A stretch of DNA of 64,000 nt from an uncultured Chloroflexia bacterium (GCA_963785845.1 CAWAWP010000003.1:479521-543520); one strand, 5' to 3'. Numbered from the stretch's first letter, positions 9,574 to 23,161 are shown. Translations and numbers: made by a program. The notes: a model not told the origin generated them from the sequence alone.

Positions 9574-10356
9574 ATGGCCAGGATCAGCTACGACGAACAG
9601 ACCGCCGCGGCGTTCAAGGCGGTCCGTGAGGTGCCACGCGACGGACTCGCGGAGTGGCGCGAGGCGGTACGTCGCCACCTGCGCCCGTCGCAAGGTATGA
9701 CGCTGGTGGACATCGGCGCGGGGACTGGCGCGTTCGCCACTGCCTTCAGCGACTGGTTCGACATCACTATCCTCGCAGTCGAGCCGTCGGCGGCGATGCG
9801 GCATCAGATCCCGCGCCGACCGGGCATCGAGGTGTTTGAGGGAAATGCGAGCGCCCTCCCGCTGCCAGATGCATCAGCAGACGCCGCATGGCTCTCCCTG
9901 GTCTTGCACCACATCCCGGACCTCGAAGGTGCCGCGCGCGAGATGCGCCGCGTGCTGCGCCCTGGTGCCCCCGTCTTCATCCGACAGGGATTCCCGGACA
10001 GATACGAGCCCTTGGGGCCTCTGAAGCTCGACACGATCGAACTCGTCCGCTGGTTCCCCGAAACTGCTCGGATGATCGCAACCTACCCATCCCTCAAGGA
10101 TACGTGCACGGCGTTCGCGGCCGCGGGTTTCCACCAGGACGCGCTGGAGCAGGTGCGTGAGACCTACCCGACCAGCCTCGCGGACTTTCTCGGCCAGGTG
10201 GACACTTTCCGCCACGCCGACACCACGATGCGCCAGCTCACGGAGGACGAGTTCCTCCGCGGGAAAGCGCGGCTGCGCCGTGCCGTGCAACACGCCGAGG
10301 ACACCGCGAACCCGGAAACCCGAAGCAACTGGCTTGACCTCCTGGTGCTGCGCTGA
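9574..10356 (+). CDS. Class I SAM-dependent methyltransferase
   Basis: VDIGAGTG, LPLPDASAD, VLHH, RRVLRPG. Confidence 0.9.
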   Translation: MARISYDEQTAAAFKAVREVPRDGLAEWREAVRRHLRPSQGMTLVDIGAGTGAFATAFSDWFDITILAVEPSAAMRHQIPRRPGIEVFEGNASALPLPDASADAAWLSLVLHHIPDLEGAAREMRRVLRPGAPVFIRQGFPDRYEPLGPLKLDTIELVRWFPETARMIATYPSLKDTCTAFAAAGFHQDALEQVRETYPTSLADFLGQVDTFRHADTTMRQLTEDEFLRGKARLRRAVQHAEDTANPETRSNWLDLLVLR

Positions 10357-10564
10357 CCGATTCGCATGCAAGGCGAATGTTGCTGTCCTAGCGGATAAAA
10401 CGTCTCCTACTCGCTGACACTATGGAAGCCGCGTGGAGTGACGGCGCGGGCGTTGCGGACCGTCGATCACCGCGATCCGATGGCCCGCACCGCCAAAGAA
10501 CGCCGCCTCAGTCGCTCGAAGTCTATGCGTAGGACTCCGCGCCTATGGGTGTCAGCACGCGGTA

Positions 10565-11776
10565 TCAGACGAAGAGGCGGAGCGGGCTTATCAGGCGTTC
10601 GCCGAGCTTGGCGAACCACGGACGCGCCACCCACTGCTCGCGCGTCACCTCGACGGAGTTGCGCAGATCACAGTCGAAGAGCGCCTGCATCTGCGCGGCC
10701 ACCTCGGAGCTGTAGATTTCGAGGTTCGCCTCATAGTTGCCGACGGAACTGAGGCGATCGAGGTTCGCGGTGCCGATGGTGGACCACTGGCCGTCGATGG
10801 TGCAGGTCTTCGCGTGGATCATCGCGCGCCGGTAGCCGTAGACGCGGATACCGTAGCTCAAGCAGTGCGAGAAATAGGCACGGGCCAACCAATCGACCAG
10901 GATATGATTGGAGATCCACGGCACGATCACCTGAACCTCCACGCCACGCTTCGCCGCCGCCCGCAGCGCGCCCAGCAACTGCCGGTCGGGAACGAAGTAT
11001 GCGTTGGTGAGCAGGATGCTGCGCTCGGCGCGATCGATCGCGCGGATGTACATGCTGCGGATGGGAAACGTCAGCCGCAGCGCGTCGGTGCTCCAGAGCG
11101 AGACGCGGGCGTCGAAGGAACGCGGGTAGCGCCGCGTGATTTGATCGTCGGGCGGGCCGTTCTTGTTCCAAAAGTCGGCGAAGGATTGTGCCAGATCGGC
11201 GGCGGCGGGGCCGCGCAGACGCACGTGCGTGTCGCGCCAGTCGGTGGCGTAGCGGCTGCCGAGATTAAAGCCCCCCGTGAAGCCCACCACGCCGTCCACT
11301 ACCAACAACTTGCGATGGTCTACCACGTAGCGGCGCGGATCGACCACGTGGCGCAGGCGGCGCACGCCACGGTAGCGCAACAGGTGGATACTCTTGGGGA
11401 AGCGTTTGAACGACGGTCGCACCACCAAATTGCCAAATGCGTCGTAGATGACGTAGACGGCGACGCCCTGCGCCGCCTTGATCTCCAGGTGCTTGCGCAG
11501 CTCGCGCCCGAAAGCGTCGCCCTTGAAGATGAACGATTCGAGATAGATAGTTTCCGTGGCGGAGTCGACGGCGGCGAGCATTGCCTCGAAGAGCTCCTGC
11601 CCCTGGCTGAAGATGCGCAGCATGTTCTCGCCGATGGGTGTCTCGGGCAGGGTCAAGAACGGGAAGCCGTGGGCGCGCCTGCGCACCGTGCGCAGCACCG
11701 CGACGGTCTGAAGCGCCAGAATCGTCAGCACTTGCAGCGCGAAGTAGGCGCCGAGTACCCACAACACCACGCGCAT
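10565..11776 (-). CDS. cls: Phospholipase D-family cardiolipin synthase (ClsB-like)
   Basis: Two HKD motifs (HRKLLVVD, HAKTCTID), WRDTH. Confidence 0.88.
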   Translation of the reverse strand: MRVVLWVLGAYFALQVLTILALQTVAVLRTVRRRAHGFPFLTLPETPIGENMLRIFSQGQELFEAMLAAVDSATETIYLESFIFKGDAFGRELRKHLEIKAAQGVAVYVIYDAFGNLVVRPSFKRFPKSIHLLRYRGVRRLRHVVDPRRYVVDHRKLLVVDGVVGFTGGFNLGSRYATDWRDTHVRLRGPAAADLAQSFADFWNKNGPPDDQITRRYPRSFDARVSLWSTDALRLTFPIRSMYIRAIDRAERSILLTNAYFVPDRQLLGALRAAAKRGVEVQVIVPWISNHILVDWLARAYFSHCLSYGIRVYGYRRAMIHAKTCTIDGQWSTIGTANLDRLSSVGNYEANLEIYSSEVAAQMQALFDCDLRNSVEVTREQWVARPWFAKLGERLISPLRLFV

Positions 11777-11802
11777 GACGGAGCCTCCTCAGGGCGCGAC
11801 CC

Positions 11803-12219
11803 TCAATGACTGACCGTGCGGTTCGCGTGGAAGATGCGCGCATGCTGTTCGGCGACGATGACGTGCGGCAACACGGCCAGCAGGCCGTACGCGGCAAGCC
11901 CCAGCGCGACCCAGTCCACCACGGCGTCCGCGGGGAGATCGAACGCCGGGCCGACGAAGGGCAGCACCACGGCGACCACCGCCGCCACGACGCCCTCAGG
12001 TACCAGCAACGCGATCAGGAGCACAAGCAGCGGCCCAACATACAGGGCCTTGCGCAGCCACGAGATGCGCCGGTCGCGGGCCAGCGCACCGACGAAGCGC
12101 ACGGTCTTCAGCGGGTGCGCCATCATCTCACCAGGATGTGGACGCGGATCACTGGCTTTGGGCGTTTTCGTCGCCGTCTTCTGCCCCTTGGAGGTTCCGC
12201 CGGGCGCCGTACTCGCCAT
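11803..12219 (-). CDS. Small membrane protein (YkvA/DUF1232-like)
   Basis: DRRISWLRK followed by hydrophobic segments; overlaps nothing credible. Confidence 0.6.
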   Translation of the reverse strand: MASTAPGGTSKGQKTATKTPKASDPRPHPGEMMAHPLKTVRFVGALARDRRISWLRKALYVGPLLVLLIALLVPEGVVAAVVAVVLPFVGPAFDLPADAVVDWVALGLAAYGLLAVLPHVIVAEQHARIFHANRTVSH

Positions 12220-12640
12220 CACGCTGCTCCTTCCCGAACTCCCGCGCTCGCTCAGGCCGTACGCCATGGGACGAGCGGGGGATACCGCACCCTGGCGCAA
12301 GTCGTCTGCGCCTTCAGTGCAGCGGCCACACAGCATGTTCGTTGCCGAATCGACAGGCTGCTCTGAGCGCACGCATTTTCCGCGCGCAGTTGTGCCTCGG
12401 GAGGCGCGGGGGAAGCGCACGGGGAGGCGCAGGCGAGCAGTTTGGCATCGCGCTTGCGTCGACGCAGGGCGTTTTGTGCGACCTGTTCGCGGTACCCCAG
12501 GCGCAGCGTCTGCGCCGTGGCGACCCGCGAGCGAGTTGCGCAGGAACAACGCCACGCGCTTGCCTGGCGATCGTGAGGACACGCCGCCCATTATTCCGGC
12601 CCCCGATGGGCCACATGGCGGCGAGAGAGAGGACTCGACG

Positions 12641-13078
12641 ATGATTTCCAGCAGAAGCACGCATTACTGGCTCTGGTTCCTGCTCTTTGGGGTGGTCTCC
12701 GTCGTTGTTGCCGAGTATAACAACCAATCGCTCACTTCCGAAACGATCATCTTGCTGGTCACGGGATTCGTAGGGCTGCTCACCGGGTTCGGCCTGTTTG
12801 CGCGCTTTGGCCGTCCGTACGATCTGCTCGTGGGGCTGTTCTTCACCGTGATCGGCGTGCTGGGGATCATGGACGGCCTCGGCTTCCATGTGATCGCGTC
12901 GAGCGGCACGGCGGCCAGCGCGGCGCTCGCCGGGCAGTCGATCCTCGGCTTGTTCCTCGGCCTGCCCTTCGCCTTGATCCACACCCTGCTTGGGCTGACC
13001 TCGCTCAATCACGGACTCAAAGCGGCCAGCACGGCGGCCCGCGTCTCCGTGGCCAGCGCCGTCCCCGCGAATTCGTAG
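12641..13078 (+). CDS. Four-TM membrane protein (DUF4383-like)
   Basis: GAGG RBS; hydrophobic helices. Confidence 0.65.
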   Translation: MISSRSTHYWLWFLLFGVVSVVVAEYNNQSLTSETIILLVTGFVGLLTGFGLFARFGRPYDLLVGLFFTVIGVLGIMDGLGFHVIASSGTAASAALAGQSILGLFLGLPFALIHTLLGLTSLNHGLKAASTAARVSVASAVPANS

Positions 13079-13209
13079 CACCAGCTCGCTTTGGAGCTAG
13101 CCGCGCACCCGCATCTGGCGTGCGCGGCTCTTTCGTCGCGCCACGAGCCGATTGGCTACGCGATTGGCTACGAGGCGCGGCGCTCCGGAGCGCGCGGAGG
13201 GATGAACCC

Positions 13210-14391
13210 ATGAGCACACCGACAACCGCCGCCGGCACGGCGAAACCTGTCGCGCTGGTCTCCAGCGCCAGCGCCGGACGCGCCGAAGATCGCGCGAACG
13301 TCGCCAGCGCCCTGGCCGAGGCCGGCTTGCGGGTGGTCGAGCAGCATGATGTCGCCGAATTGGACGCACGCAGACCCCTCGGCGAGCGCTGGCAGCGTGC
13401 GGGGCTGTATGCGGTGGTGGCCGCGGGCGGCGACGGGACGCTCGGCAACGTCGCCACGCACCTCGCGACCTGCACGCTTCCACTCGGCATCCTGCCGGCG
13501 GGGACCTCGAACGACGTCGCGCGCTCGCTTGGCGTACCGCTCGATCTGGCGGAGGCGGCGCGGGCGATCGCGTCCGGGGTCGTCGCCTACATGGATCTCG
13601 GCCAGGCAGAGCCCGCAGTGACGGAGCCGGGCGCACTGGCCGTCGGGCCGTTTCGCCGCCTGGCGCACGGCATATTTCGCAGCCGCTCGGTCGCGGAGCG
13701 CGCGGCGCTGGAGCGTGCGGGCGTGTGTTTTCTCCACGCGGCGACGCTCGGCCTGAACGTCGAATTCGCGCGCCTGGCGACCGACGTGGCGAGGCGCGAG
13801 CGCTGGGGCGCGCTGAACTACGCCTCGGCGGCGATCGAGTCGCTGGCCCACATGCAGCCGATCCCGGTCCGGCTGGATCTGCGCGACGTCCACGCGCGCT
13901 CCGCCTTCGAGGGCGCGCCCACGCGACCAGAGGAGGCGATGACCGTTGAGTGCAGCGTGGTGCAACTTGCCGTGGTGAATACACGCATCTTTGGCGGCGG
14001 ACTCAATCTCGCCATGCCCGGCGTCTACCCGCGCGACCAACTCCTCGACGTCTTGATCATCGAGGCGCTCGAACCACGCCACCTGCGCGAGACGGTGGAA
14101 AGCCTCCTCGGCGCGCTGGGTCGCCTGAAAGATCGCCTGGCCTCCGGCGACGCCGAGAGCGCCCCGCTCCCCGCAGACGATAGCTCCGCCGGTTTGCTGC
14201 TGCCCGGCGTGCGTCGTTATCAGGTGCGGTCTGTGCGCATCGCGACGCAGCAGCCACTCGACGTGACGCTCGACGGCGAGATTCGCGGGCGCACCCCCAT
14301 CCAGATCCGCGTAGCACCACACCAGCTCCGGGTGCTGTTGCCCGAAGCCGCGGCCACGGCGCTGGCCGCACGCGGCGGTGAGCTGCCGTGA
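13210..14391 (+). CDS. Diacylglycerol/lipid kinase family
   Basis: GGDGT, PAGTSND, LDGE motifs. Confidence 0.9.
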   Translation: MSTPTTAAGTAKPVALVSSASAGRAEDRANVASALAEAGLRVVEQHDVAELDARRPLGERWQRAGLYAVVAAGGDGTLGNVATHLATCTLPLGILPAGTSNDVARSLGVPLDLAEAARAIASGVVAYMDLGQAEPAVTEPGALAVGPFRRLAHGIFRSRSVAERAALERAGVCFLHAATLGLNVEFARLATDVARRERWGALNYASAAIESLAHMQPIPVRLDLRDVHARSAFEGAPTRPEEAMTVECSVVQLAVVNTRIFGGGLNLAMPGVYPRDQLLDVLIIEALEPRHLRETVESLLGALGRLKDRLASGDAESAPLPADDSSAGLLLPGVRRYQVRSVRIATQQPLDVTLDGEIRGRTPIQIRVAPHQLRVLLPEAAATALAARGGELP

Positions 14392-14402
14392 CGCCACGGC
14401 AT

Positions 14403-15923
14403 CTACGGCGTCGCGGGGACTTGCTGGCGGCTCAAGATCACGCGCACCTCACCCTGAGCAACCTCGGCGGTCCCTCCGCCGGGCTCCTGCTCTAGCACGA
14501 TGCCCGCGGGCGTGCCGGGGGCGAGCCGCTCGGAGAGGACCACCAACTTCAGGTCTGCCTGGCTCAGCGTGCGAGCAGCGTCGAGCAACGCGCTGCCGCG
14601 CACGTCCGGCACAATGCGGATCGCTTCGCCGAGGAGCGTCGAGAACCACTTCAGATTCTCTTTCTTCTGCCGGTTTGTGGCTGCCACGGCGTCGCGTTCG
14701 CGCAGCAGGTTGATCTGAGCGAAGATATGGTCCATCACGCGACTGGCGTGGGGGATGTTGGCCATCTGCAAGGTGTTGCGCCGTCCCGACGTTTCAACCT
14801 GAATGGAGCCGTAGCCGAAGATCGCGCCGAGGAACGGCCGCTGCACGCGCACGTCCTGAATGCGCGCATAGGGCGCGTCATTGCTGTATTCGTTGAGGAT
14901 GAAGAGCAGACGGTCGACGTCGATAACGCGGTGAGTGGTAAGCACGAAGACGTCGTCAGCCCAGTTGAGGTAGACGAGGTAGGCCGCGAGGCCACCAACA
15001 CCAAGCCCAAGGACGAAGGCGAGCGCGGGCAGGCTCCCGGCGACGCCTGAGCGTATCAGCAGAATGGCCGCCCCGGTGGAGATGAGCAAGATCGCCAGGG
15101 GAATGAGCTCGTTTCTGAGCAAGATGATCCAATGGCGATAGACCACCTCGACCACCTGCTCGCCCTCGATGAAGCGGATCGGTATACGGCGGTGCAGAAA
15201 CGCGGCGAACATGCTGCGGCTGACGGGAATGTTGGCGGGCATGGGCTCAGGTTTTGCCAGGTCGTCGAGCGCGCTTTGGGCCCTCTTAAGGGGGAGCGGG
15301 GGCACGGCGGGCACGGCGGGCGCAGGGGTGGCAGGCAGGCCGTAATTGGGGTCCTCTTGCGCCGCCAGGATCGTGTCGGCAACGTCACGCGGGCGGGCGA
15401 TGCCCCGCATGTTGATCGGCTGGCCGATGGGGCGAACCTGTATGTCGCCAATGCCGAGCGCCATCACCAGCGGATTGGTGCGCTCGACGTAGACCTGCGC
15501 GACGTTCTTGAGGACGATCTGCTCGATCTGCTTGTAGAAGAGGCCGCTCGACTTGACGACGCGCTGGTTGGTCAAGTAGAGGAAGGTGAAGAACCAGGGA
15601 TAGAGATCGACGATCAGCCAGCGGATGAAGAGGAGGATTTCCAGGCCCGTGGCAATCCATACGAGCGGCGCGGCGGTGTTGCCGAGCCAGAGGCGCAGCA
15701 GCAGCACGCCCAGCAAGCCGAGCACCACCGGCACAATCGAGGCGACCAAGAAGAGCCACGATTGGCGTCGCACCCAAATGACGCGCTCGTTGGGCAGCGC
15801 ACCGGGCACGAGCCGCATGCGCGCCGCCGGGCGCAGCCGCACCGCCCGCCGCGAGACCACGCGGGCGACTTGTGGATTCGGCGGCTGCGTATTTGGTTGG
15901 GTTGGCGTCCCAGGTCCGGTCAT
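14403..15923 (-). CDS. Membrane protein with two bacterial PH (bPH_2) domains and a C-terminal PASTA domain
   Basis: LTNQRVV / LTTHRVI..FGYGSI repeats; VPDVRG..VLEQEP PASTA pattern. Confidence 0.75.
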   Translation of the reverse strand: MTGPGTPTQPNTQPPNPQVARVVSRRAVRLRPAARMRLVPGALPNERVIWVRRQSWLFLVASIVPVVLGLLGVLLLRLWLGNTAAPLVWIATGLEILLFIRWLIVDLYPWFFTFLYLTNQRVVKSSGLFYKQIEQIVLKNVAQVYVERTNPLVMALGIGDIQVRPIGQPINMRGIARPRDVADTILAAQEDPNYGLPATPAPAVPAVPPLPLKRAQSALDDLAKPEPMPANIPVSRSMFAAFLHRRIPIRFIEGEQVVEVVYRHWIILLRNELIPLAILLISTGAAILLIRSGVAGSLPALAFVLGLGVGGLAAYLVYLNWADDVFVLTTHRVIDVDRLLFILNEYSNDAPYARIQDVRVQRPFLGAIFGYGSIQVETSGRRNTLQMANIPHASRVMDHIFAQINLLRERDAVAATNRQKKENLKWFSTLLGEAIRIVPDVRGSALLDAARTLSQADLKLVVLSERLAPGTPAGIVLEQEPGGGTAEVAQGEVRVILSRQQVPATP

Positions 15924-16052
15924 TCGCGAGTATCCTTCAGCCACGGTGGGCGCGCGTTCACAGAGCACGCGTGCAACAGGCGCACGGGCGTTCCCATCGC
16001 CGCATCTCCAAGAACCGTGCCGCGAGGGGGGAAGGTATTCCGCGAGCCGCTA

Positions 16053-16628
16053 TTAGCGCATCTCCACCTCAGCCATATCACCGTGCGCCGCGTTCTTGCT
16101 GACCTGGCTGGCGACGAACACCACCAGCAGCAGCCCCAGGATGGCGACCCCGATGACCACCGGCAAGTAGACGCTCGCCTCGATCGGTCCCGGCGTGCCA
16201 AGGGTAATCACCCTGCCACGAAGGATCGAGACGCTGACGTAATATGCGATCACGGCGCCATTAATCGCACCAAGCAGCATGCCCAGAAGGCGATGCGTGG
16301 CGAGCCGCGGCTTGGGGAAGACGAAGCGCCCGACACGGTAGGCGATGAATGTCATGCCGATGAAGGTGAGGGTCGCCAGCGTCGCCGGCAAATTGTCGAC
16401 GCAGCTCGACGTAGCGGCGTAGGTCGTCGTCGCGCCTGGTTGCGCGACGCTTCCCGCTCCGCGGGTGAAAAGGTTGGCGAGCAGATCGCCGCCGCCGGTG
16501 TTCAGGAACAGCAGCGTGGCGAGCAGGGTGGCAGACGTGGTGATCTCGCGCTGCCAGCCGCGCACCATGCCGACCAGTGCGGTAAACCCCACCAGACCGA
16601 AGAAGGTCTGCATCTGTGAGATAACCAT
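16053..16628 (-). CDS. CvpA-like membrane protein
   Basis: GMVRGWQRE and RLLGMLLGAING motifs; AAGGAG RBS. Confidence 0.6.
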   Translation of the reverse strand: MVISQMQTFFGLVGFTALVGMVRGWQREITTSATLLATLLFLNTGGGDLLANLFTRGAGSVAQPGATTTYAATSSCVDNLPATLATLTFIGMTFIAYRVGRFVFPKPRLATHRLLGMLLGAINGAVIAYYVSVSILRGRVITLGTPGPIEASVYLPVVIGVAILGLLLVVFVASQVSKNAAHGDMAEVEMR

Positions 16629-16993
16629 ACCAATCCACTCCTTCCGCCAGCGGCTGGTGGCGATCGACGCGGACCGCGACACGGCGTTCCAGCTCTAGCG
16701 CTCCACATACGACTCACAATCGATGGCGAGTACAGCGCCCGGAGCGGCAAACGTGCGTCACCGCTTGAATCATCGCCCTTTACTGGCCCTCGACGCTCCA
16801 GCATTATTATACAAGATGCGACACGCAATATCAATTCACAATACATTTGTCACTACACTAACTCGTACTATTTGTGTAGTGGGCGCAAGCGTAGCTCACC
16901 TCCCGCTTGTCTAACCGCGCGCAATCTGCTACGCTGCTCGCGGACAGTCGTGGACGCGGTGCGACGGCGCCGCCCCGCGGAAGGAGCGCTCAC

Positions 16994-18679
16994 ATGCCAG
17001 CAACTACGCTCGCCGCCCTGCTTGCCGACGCCACGTTACAGGTCGCGGTCGTCGGGGTTGTCGCCGCCATCGTGCTGATTGGGCTGATCGTGCTGCTGAT
17101 CGGCCGCTCAGGCGCGCGCGACGGCCGAACGTTCTCAGCCCCGCCCCCGCCCTCGGCTGCGAGAAGGGACGGCGCTTCGGCGAAATCCGCCAGGCCACCG
17201 GCGCCCAGCCCGCAGCCACAAGCGCCCGCGTCGCCCGGCTACGGCGCCGCCCCAATACCACAGGCCCCACCAGCGGCGGATTCCGCGAGATCCTTTCCCT
17301 ACCCACCGGCGTCTCCCTATCCACAGGCGTCCCAGGCACCCGCGTATGCGCCGCCGATGCCAGCCGCTCCGCCCCCGCCCGCCGTGCCGCAGGCGAGCCC
17401 TGAATCCAGCGGGGCGCAATGGGCCGTTCCCGCCGCGCCGTCCGCCGCGCCTGAGCCGAGCCGGTCGGAGGCAGCGCCGGTCGAGCCCGCCGCACCAGTC
17501 CCGTTTGCGCCCTCCGCTGGCTCCGCGTCGAGCGACATCGACTGGGACGCCATGGAGCGTGAGCAGACCACAGCGGATGCAGATGATCGGGCTGACGATG
17601 CCGCGCCTGCGCGACCCGAGTTGCACGCAATGGCGCCTTCCGACGACTGGGCGGACGACGGTGCGCCGTGGGTTGAGCGTGGCGGAAACAGCGGAGCGCT
17701 CGCTGGGTACCCGGCCGCGCTGGCGGATGCGCCCACCGCCGAAGAGCTGGCGGGCATAGAGCCTGCTGCTGGTGGCGATGACGCGGCGAACGACGCGGAA
17801 GAGGAGCGCATGCGCGGCATCACGCTCGGCGGCGATCAGCAACAAGCCGAGGCGCCCGCCGCCAGCGCGCCAAGTGTGGCATCGTTGCAGTTCACCAGCT
17901 TCTACCCGCGCGAAGTGCCCACACAGCAGTGGCAGACGCTGCTGGTCTACACCCACATCGCCGATGCGCTCGACGCGGTCCGCCGCGACGCGCTGAAGTT
18001 TGCCGAGGAGCTCGGCGAGCGCCCGCGTGTGATGCATGCCGCCGCCGCCCAGCCGGTTGCGCGCGGCACGACGCTGACGATCGTGCCGCGCTGCGCTGGC
18101 GTGCGCTTCAATCCCGAGCGCCTGGCGATCTCGTGGGACGAAGACTGGCAGCGCAGCAGTTTCCGCTTCTCGGCGGATGAGTCGCTGGCCGGCTCCGCCG
18201 CCGCGGGCGAGATCGCCATCTACGTTGGTCCGCTGATCCTCGCCATCCTCAAATTTGGCCTGCTGGTCAGCGACGCATCGCAGACCGAGATGGCGCTCAG
18301 CGCCGCGCAGCAGCAGACCGTCGGCCCAAGCTCCGTCTTCGCCTCGTACAGCCATGACGACACGCCGGTCGTCCTCGCCTGCCGCAACGCCTACAAAGCG
18401 CTCGGCCTGACCGTCAACATCGATGTGGACGCACTGCGCTCCGGCGACCAATGGGACCCGCGTCTGATGCAGCTCATCGACGGTTCAGACGTCTTTCAGC
18501 TCTTCTGGTCCGCCCGCGCGGCGAACTCCGAGGCGGTCCAGCGCGAGTGGCGTTACGCGCTCGCCCACAGCCGCGGCGCGGGCTACATCCGCCCGGTCTA
18601 CTGGGAGCAGCCGCTGATTGCGCCGCCCGCCGAGCTTTCCAACGTCCACTTCGCCTACATCGATCTCCCGCGCGAGTAA
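16994..18679 (+). CDS. Membrane-anchored protein with Pro-rich linker, beta domain and C-terminal TIR domain
   Basis: N-terminal TM; VFASYSHDD..LRSGDQW..FWSARAANSEAVQREW (TIR with Glu at the catalytic position). Confidence 0.85.
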   Translation: MPATTLAALLADATLQVAVVGVVAAIVLIGLIVLLIGRSGARDGRTFSAPPPPSAARRDGASAKSARPPAPSPQPQAPASPGYGAAPIPQAPPAADSARSFPYPPASPYPQASQAPAYAPPMPAAPPPPAVPQASPESSGAQWAVPAAPSAAPEPSRSEAAPVEPAAPVPFAPSAGSASSDIDWDAMEREQTTADADDRADDAAPARPELHAMAPSDDWADDGAPWVERGGNSGALAGYPAALADAPTAEELAGIEPAAGGDDAANDAEEERMRGITLGGDQQQAEAPAASAPSVASLQFTSFYPREVPTQQWQTLLVYTHIADALDAVRRDALKFAEELGERPRVMHAAAAQPVARGTTLTIVPRCAGVRFNPERLAISWDEDWQRSSFRFSADESLAGSAAAGEIAIYVGPLILAILKFGLLVSDASQTEMALSAAQQQTVGPSSVFASYSHDDTPVVLACRNAYKALGLTVNIDVDALRSGDQWDPRLMQLIDGSDVFQLFWSARAANSEAVQREWRYALAHSRGAGYIRPVYWEQPLIAPPAELSNVHFAYIDLPRE

Positions 18680-19067
18680 ATGCACCCTCATGCGCCGCGC
18701 GCCGCGCGCTCTGCTATGATGCCGACATGCTCATACACAGCATAGACAGCGTGGTGGACGCGATCACGCGGCATGCGGCGCGCACTGCCGCGTCGCCGTT
18801 CGCTCCCATAGCCCGTAATGGCCGCTAATCCTCATAAATAGCGGCCTAGCGTCTCTTGGGTGGTATAATAAGTAGGGTTTTGCGCCAGCGATCTGCTTCG
18901 GCAACCGGCGCGTTGCCACTTCGCGCGCAGCCCCACAGAACATTCTTTGGATAGCATCGCCAGCCACCACGTGCTCACGATGGACCTGGGAAACCTCCCA
19001 CTCACTCCTCCGTGTCCGCCGTGACCTCAGTGGTACATTCGCATCTCCCTGAGAGGATTTCGCCCGC

Positions 19068-21572
<2,505 letters not shown>

Positions 21573-21745
21573 TCGCTCGCCTGCCTCCCGCGTTTCGGTC
21601 AACAGCGCCCTGGTCCCTTCCACGAGGACGGCCAGGGCGTTGGCCGCACCGCGGGGCAATAGCTGGCGCGAGTGTGGCTAGCGCTTCGCATCATACCGAG
21701 TTCGTCTCGGTCGTTATGGTGTGAGTTCGCGGAGAGCAGGCCATC

Positions 21746-22282
21746 GTGAAGCGCATTCTGCTAACAGGACTCTCCGCGACCGGCAAGTCCACACTCATCA
21801 CCGCGCTCGCGGCGCGTGGGTATGCCGCCGTAGACGCGGACAGTGAGGCATATTCCACGTGGGCTCCACCCATTGCGGATACTGCTACCTTCGGACCGCC
21901 GGTTGAAACGGATCGCGACTGGGTGTGGCGTGAGGACCGCATCGAGCAACTACTCGCCACCGAGGACGCTGACGTGTTGTTCCTGGCCGGTTGCGCAGCG
22001 AACATGGTGAAGTTCCTCCCACAGTTCGACCAGATCGTGCTGCTCAGCGCTCCAGCAGACGCCCTCCGCGAGCGACTCCGCACGAGGACCACCAATGCGT
22101 ACGGGAAGCATCCTGACGAAGCTGCCCGCGTGCTGAGCCAGTTAGACACGGTCGAGCCGGTATTGCGCCGCGTCGCGGGACTGGAGATCGATACCAGCGC
22201 CCCACTTGAGGAGGTCGTGGCGCACCTGCTTCGAGTGGCACAGATGGCAAGACCGGCGTCGCCACGCTCAGCGCCCTCTTAG
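21746..22282 (+). CDS. P-loop kinase (AAA/shikimate kinase-like)
   Basis: GLSATGKST Walker A; RLRTRTTNAYGK. Confidence 0.8.
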   Translation: MKRILLTGLSATGKSTLITALAARGYAAVDADSEAYSTWAPPIADTATFGPPVETDRDWVWREDRIEQLLATEDADVLFLAGCAANMVKFLPQFDQIVLLSAPADALRERLRTRTTNAYGKHPDEAARVLSQLDTVEPVLRRVAGLEIDTSAPLEEVVAHLLRVAQMARPASPRSAPS

Positions 22283-22297
22283 ACCACGCTCAGGCCA

Positions 22298-22330
22298 CGC
22301 TCCCCATCTGGGGAGGGGAGGAGGGTGACC
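22298..22330. repeat. REP-like GC-rich palindrome
   Basis: Reverse complement GTCACCCTCCTCCCCTCCCC-AGAT-GGGGAG resembles elements at 34730 and 60679. Confidence 0.4.
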
Positions 22331-22525
22331 TCCTGGTCGAGACTCCCGCGGTAACATGGGTAGCGCAGTGGGGGCTGGCCCTCGCGCTCGTCGCCGGAGC
22401 CTGGTCCGGCGTCCTTGCTCGCCTCCAGTGGCGCCGCTGAGCGACGCCGTTGCCGACACGACCCAAGTCGCAAACTACAAGTACCCAGGCGGAACGCGTA
22501 CGACACCGATGAAGGAGGCGGTCGC

Positions 22526-23017
22526 ATGCCGCATACTGTCACGCTGCGCGACATCACCCTCGACGACCTGCCGATCCTCTACGAGCATCAGCGCGATCCC
22601 GCATCGAGCGCGATGGCCGCCGTTCCTTCGCGCGACTGGGACGCCCACCTCGCCCACTGGACCCGCATCCTTGCCAGCTCGCAGGGCGAGCAACAGGCGA
22701 TCCTGCTCGACGGGCAGGTCGTCGGCAATCTGGTCGCTTTCGACCACGACGGCACACGCGAGATCGGCTACCGGCTCGATAGAGCCTACTGGGGCAAGGG
22801 CATCGCCACACAGGCGCTCGCGCTGTTTCTGCAGCGCATCCAGACGCGCCCGCTCTATGGCCGCGTCGTCTCCCACAACATCGGCTCGCAGCGCGTTCTG
22901 CAAAAGAACGGCTTCGTCGTCATCGGCGAGGAACACGAGGTGGACGACGACGGGCCGATCACGGTGATCGTCTTTCGGCTCGACGCTGGCGCAGAGTCCA
23001 CGACCGCCGCCCCGTAG
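22526..23017 (+). CDS. GNAT (RimJ/RimL-like) acetyltransferase
   Basis: YWGKGIAT, NIGSQRVLQKNGF. Confidence 0.9.
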   Translation: MPHTVTLRDITLDDLPILYEHQRDPASSAMAAVPSRDWDAHLAHWTRILASSQGEQQAILLDGQVVGNLVAFDHDGTREIGYRLDRAYWGKGIATQALALFLQRIQTRPLYGRVVSHNIGSQRVLQKNGFVVIGEEHEVDDDGPITVIVFRLDAGAESTTAAP

Positions 23018-23161
23018 CTCACGCGCCGTTGCGCCAACACGTTGACGCACTCGCTACCGGCGCGCCGCGCGACTACGCGTCGCCGTGCAACTCGTGACCG
23101 TACATGACGGGTACTGTCGGTGATAGTCCGTGGGCGCGCCCCACAACGCCGAGCGAGTGCG

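Noticed and set aside
13149-13172. 12-bp tandem duplication CGATTGGCTACG, and a 9-bp duplication at the VOC stop near 41987
   Set aside because: Isolated two-copy slippage events with no further structure.
18727-18828. Possible leaderless 33-aa ORF after TGCTATGAT
   Set aside because: There is no homology or codon evidence beyond the promoter-like hexamer.
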